Assembly: GCA_040182905.1 (NCBI GenBank)
Contig: JARQWU010000021.1
Coordinates: 1-64,000 of the forward strand
Direction: 5' to 3'
DNA: 64,000 bases
DNA from: Barthelona sp. PAP020
Lineage: Eukaryota
Below the pieces are notes generated by a model. The model was given only the letters and a program-made list of their open reading frames with translations, did not search any database and was not told the DNA's origin. How positions within the stretch are numbered: position 1 is the first letter of the stretch; each line of letters starts with the position of its first letter. Below are positions 61,261-64,000 of the stretch, piece by piece. Made by a program: the position numbers and the translations under genes.

Positions 61261-62649
61261 ATGGTAAGTACTCAAGAATTGTTTTTTATTCCTTTTATGG
61301 TTGATTCCTGTCAAGTAATTGCCATTGGAAATCTTGCTGACAATTATATACAAAACAGTGAAACAAAGTGTTGTTGTCAAAATGAAAAAAAGTCATTTGA
61401 CCAGGCATCAATTTACGATCTTCAAAACATAAGTCAAAAATGTTGTTTATGGAACACTATTTATGGATTTCCAGAAATATGCATTGTTTTAGGCGATATT
61501 AATCAAAAAATTTCAACCACGAATGATGAGTTTCGAGAAAAAGCATGCACATATTTTTGTATTGGTGTTGAAGATAATTGGCACCAAAAATTAGATTTGA
61601 AAAGACTTTCTTCATATTTAACCAAAAGTAAACCTGTTTTTGTTCAGTCATACATTCAAAATGAATGTGTTTATGATTTTTGCATGCAATTAAAAAAATT
61701 AGGTTTTGAATTTGCTGAATCTTATCAACTGGAAAAATCTACGTATGATTCTGTCAATTTTTTGTCAAAGTGTTATTTATCAAATATTTTGTTAGAATGT
61801 ACTGATTGTTGTGCAGTTGAAAGGCCTGAATATTACATTGCTGAAGATAAAAAAAAATTAATGAATATTGTGAGATATTTAGAAGGTGAATTTGTTGTTA
61901 AAGGGGCTTACGGATCAGGAGGATACTCCGTCAGCAAATTTAACACAGACGATGATGAAATTGCAAAAATGAAAGATTTTGAAGAATTTTTTCAACTTTT
62001 ATGTCTAAATCACCCCTCAGATTTTTTTGATTTTCACTTTCCTTTAGTTATTGAAAAATATATTAATTATGATTACTCAATTACTGTCGATGTTCAGCTT
62101 GATAATATTGGAGGAATCTGTTGGATAATTGGTTGTGTACGATTATCAGACCATTGTTTTTATCAAGGTGTTATTGGAGGAATTGAAGTTGAGGAGCAAA
62201 TACAGGTATTTTGTGCCAGATTTGGAAAGAGAATTTTCGACTTAGGCTTTCGTGGCTGTTTCAACGTTGATTTTTTGTTCTGTAACGATAGTGAGATGTT
62301 TCATGTTGTTGAAGCAAACCTTCGTCCGAGTGCTGTTTTTGATTTGACTTCCAATTTAACTGCTGAAAAATTCAGAATTGGTGTATGTTTTGATTACGCT
62401 TTTCTCAAAGAACATTTATCTTTGGATGATATTACTTACACAGTTGATTCTTGTTCCTATTTAAACAATTTAAAAGGAATAGTTCCTTCAATTGGTGCTT
62501 TTGATATTCATTGGTGTTCAATATCATTGTTTAGTATCTATGATCCTGATGTTTTGGGTTTTACTAGATTATTAGATTGTTTTGAAGAAGTTTTCAACCA
62601 ATTAAGTGGAAACGAAGTGTATTTTGACTATCCACCCTTCTTGATGTGA
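61261..62649 (+). CDS. Stand-alone ATP-grasp ligase
   Basis: EDK, FVVKGAYGSGGYSV, PLVIEKYI, LGFRGCFNVDFL and VVEANLR appear in canonical ATP-grasp order. Confidence 0.78.
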   Translation: MVSTQELFFIPFMVDSCQVIAIGNLADNYIQNSETKCCCQNEKKSFDQASIYDLQNISQKCCLWNTIYGFPEICIVLGDINQKISTTNDEFREKACTYFCIGVEDNWHQKLDLKRLSSYLTKSKPVFVQSYIQNECVYDFCMQLKKLGFEFAESYQLEKSTYDSVNFLSKCYLSNILLECTDCCAVERPEYYIAEDKKKLMNIVRYLEGEFVVKGAYGSGGYSVSKFNTDDDEIAKMKDFEEFFQLLCLNHPSDFFDFHFPLVIEKYINYDYSITVDVQLDNIGGICWIIGCVRLSDHCFYQGVIGGIEVEEQIQVFCARFGKRIFDLGFRGCFNVDFLFCNDSEMFHVVEANLRPSAVFDLTSNLTAEKFRIGVCFDYAFLKEHLSLDDITYTVDSCSYLNNLKGIVPSIGAFDIHWCSISLFSIYDPDVLGFTRLLDCFEEVFNQLSGNEVYFDYPPFLM

Positions 62650-63195
62650 TTTTTTTCTTCTTCCATTTTATTTCTGAGTTTTTAATGTTGGTGATTGATT
62701 TCATTTTTCTGAAAAAGATATGTTAATAAAAGTGTGTTTTGGAAACACATGCATTTTTTTTTATTTTATAAAGAAATCACACCAAAAAGAAATTGAATTT
62801 ACCTTGCATAAATACTCTGTTACTTACTTGATAGTTCAAATAGGAAAATTATGATTGAAAATATTGGAATCGATCTTCCCAATCAAGTATAATAAACAAA
62901 ATTGGGCTTTTCTTGAAACCGTCTTATAGAAATGCTCAGGAAGTGAACGTAACATTAAAGAAACAGTCACTGCAAAACATTTCATTCCGAAGTCTTTTGT
63001 TAAAAACAAAAGATAAAGAATTTTTTTTTTTTTTCTCAAAATCTTCAAAATTTTCGAATTTTTCCAAATTTTCATTTTTTTGTCTTTTACATTTTCCATT
63101 TTTCTGGTTTTTTTTTGCGCTCCAATTTCAACTCTTTTTTTCATTTCTGCAGAAAAAAGAAAATTAACTTTAAAAAAAATAAATATTTTTTACAA

Positions 63196-63969
63196 CTAAT
63201 AATTTGGGTTATATGTAAAATTATTTGCAGGGTCATATTCAAAATCGTTTTGGGGTGGCTGGTAGACATTAGATTCTTGAGGTTGATACGAGGGTTGTTG
63301 AATAGATTGTTGAATAGATTGTTGAATAGGTTGTTGATTCACATTCAAGTCATTCATTTGGGGTGAAAAAGTTGATTCATATCCATACGGCTCATAAATA
63401 GGTTGTGGTCCTGGTCTGGGAATATTTTCCACATTCTTTTTTGGTTTTTTGTTTTGGTTTTTTGCCTTTCCTTTAGGCTTCTTTCCTTGAAAAGCATCCA
63501 TAACTTGATTGGAAATATCCAAAGTAATATTATAACTAAATATAACTTTGTTTCTCCATCCATTTTTATGTCTGACTCTTATAATAGTTTCACCTTTAAC
63601 CACCATTTGAACCGGTCCAACATGAGAAAAACGTGAACAAAAAATTTTCAAATGTTCATTCATTTTTTCAACACGTTTTGACATTACTGATTGGGTTAAA
63701 AGATGCAAACCAACATAAAGTAAAATACCAACTATAACTCCAACATAAAAATGATTTTGTAGTAAAAGAAAACCTAAACCAGCAATAGCTGCCACAAGAA
63801 AGACACTACAATACTTGTTAAATGTGTAAACATCAAATCCTTTGATACTTTCAAGTTCAACAAGAAGATTGTCCCAATCATTTTCCGTAATAGCCACACT
63901 CAAAGGTGCAGGGAAATCTCGAGCATAACCACCACAACATTTGGGATATTCAATTACAATTGATGGCAT
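63196..63969 (-). CDS. Membrane protein with two TM helices and a Gln/Pro-rich tail (weakly Erf4/GOLGA7-like N-terminus)
   Basis: FPAPLSVAITENDWDNLL precedes two hydrophobic segments, followed by a Lys-rich and a Q/P/Y-rich C-terminus. The stop is followed by TGTAAAA. Confidence 0.65.
   Translation of the reverse strand: MPSIVIEYPKCCGGYARDFPAPLSVAITENDWDNLLVELESIKGFDVYTFNKYCSVFLVAAIAGLGFLLLQNHFYVGVIVGILLYVGLHLLTQSVMSKRVEKMNEHLKIFCSRFSHVGPVQMVVKGETIIRVRHKNGWRNKVIFSYNITLDISNQVMDAFQGKKPKGKAKNQNKKPKKNVENIPRPGPQPIYEPYGYESTFSPQMNDLNVNQQPIQQSIQQSIQQPSYQPQESNVYQPPQNDFEYDPANNFTYNPNY
63295..63337 (-). repeat. 12-bp tandem repeat (about 3.5 copies) encoding QQ(S/P)I
   Basis: ttgttgaataga twice, then ttgttgaatagg and ttgttga. 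Confidence 0.9.
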
Positions 63970-64000
63970 TCGCTGCAAAAAAACTCTAAAAAAAAGTGAA

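Noticed and set aside
62851..63016. Possible tiny two-exon gene (MIENIGIDLPNQ|KCSGSERNIK...) using a GT..AG of about 43 nt
   Set aside because: It has no CTAAY branch motif, the product is only about 40 aa, and I see no similarity to anything known.

Overview
This is a eukaryotic, AT-rich, very gene-dense scaffold with one 458-N gap (5532-5989), not a prokaryotic one. It holds about 35 protein-coding genes, often only 15-80 bp apart. I resolved four tiny GT-AG spliceosomal introns by eye (38-41 nt, each with a CTAAY branch motif just before the AG). The standard genetic code fits: TAA, TAG and TGA all end recognisable genes. Most genes are divergent housekeeping genes: proteasome alpha4, KAP3, Arp5, importin-alpha, Utp13/TBL3, a PP4/PP6-type phosphatase, RPA1, a Ufd2-like U-box protein, a CIPK-like kinase, GFAT, CSE1, Nog2, Polo kinase, RIO1, dolichol kinase, a Kelch-BTB protein, a UBR-box E3 ligase, KRTCAP2, two Brx1 paralogues, SRP9 and KIF-binding protein. 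KAP3, a SSNA1/DIP13-like protein, the compact layout and a recurrent WGTAAAY 3' signal suggest a flagellated protist, possibly a metamonad (inference only). The most unusual items are several intronless genes from families I associate with bacteria, phages or giant viruses: a DUF2589-like protein, a small macrodomain-like protein, a stand-alone ATP-grasp ligase and an HSKGG-type alpha/beta hydrolase. Also unusual are a GFAT lacking the ELKHG motif, a CIPK with a (Y/F)GLGG tandem-repeat tail, and an acidic ORF that continues in frame past a TAG. All family assignments come from remembered motifs, not database searches. I saw no rRNA, tRNA, CRISPR array or transposase.
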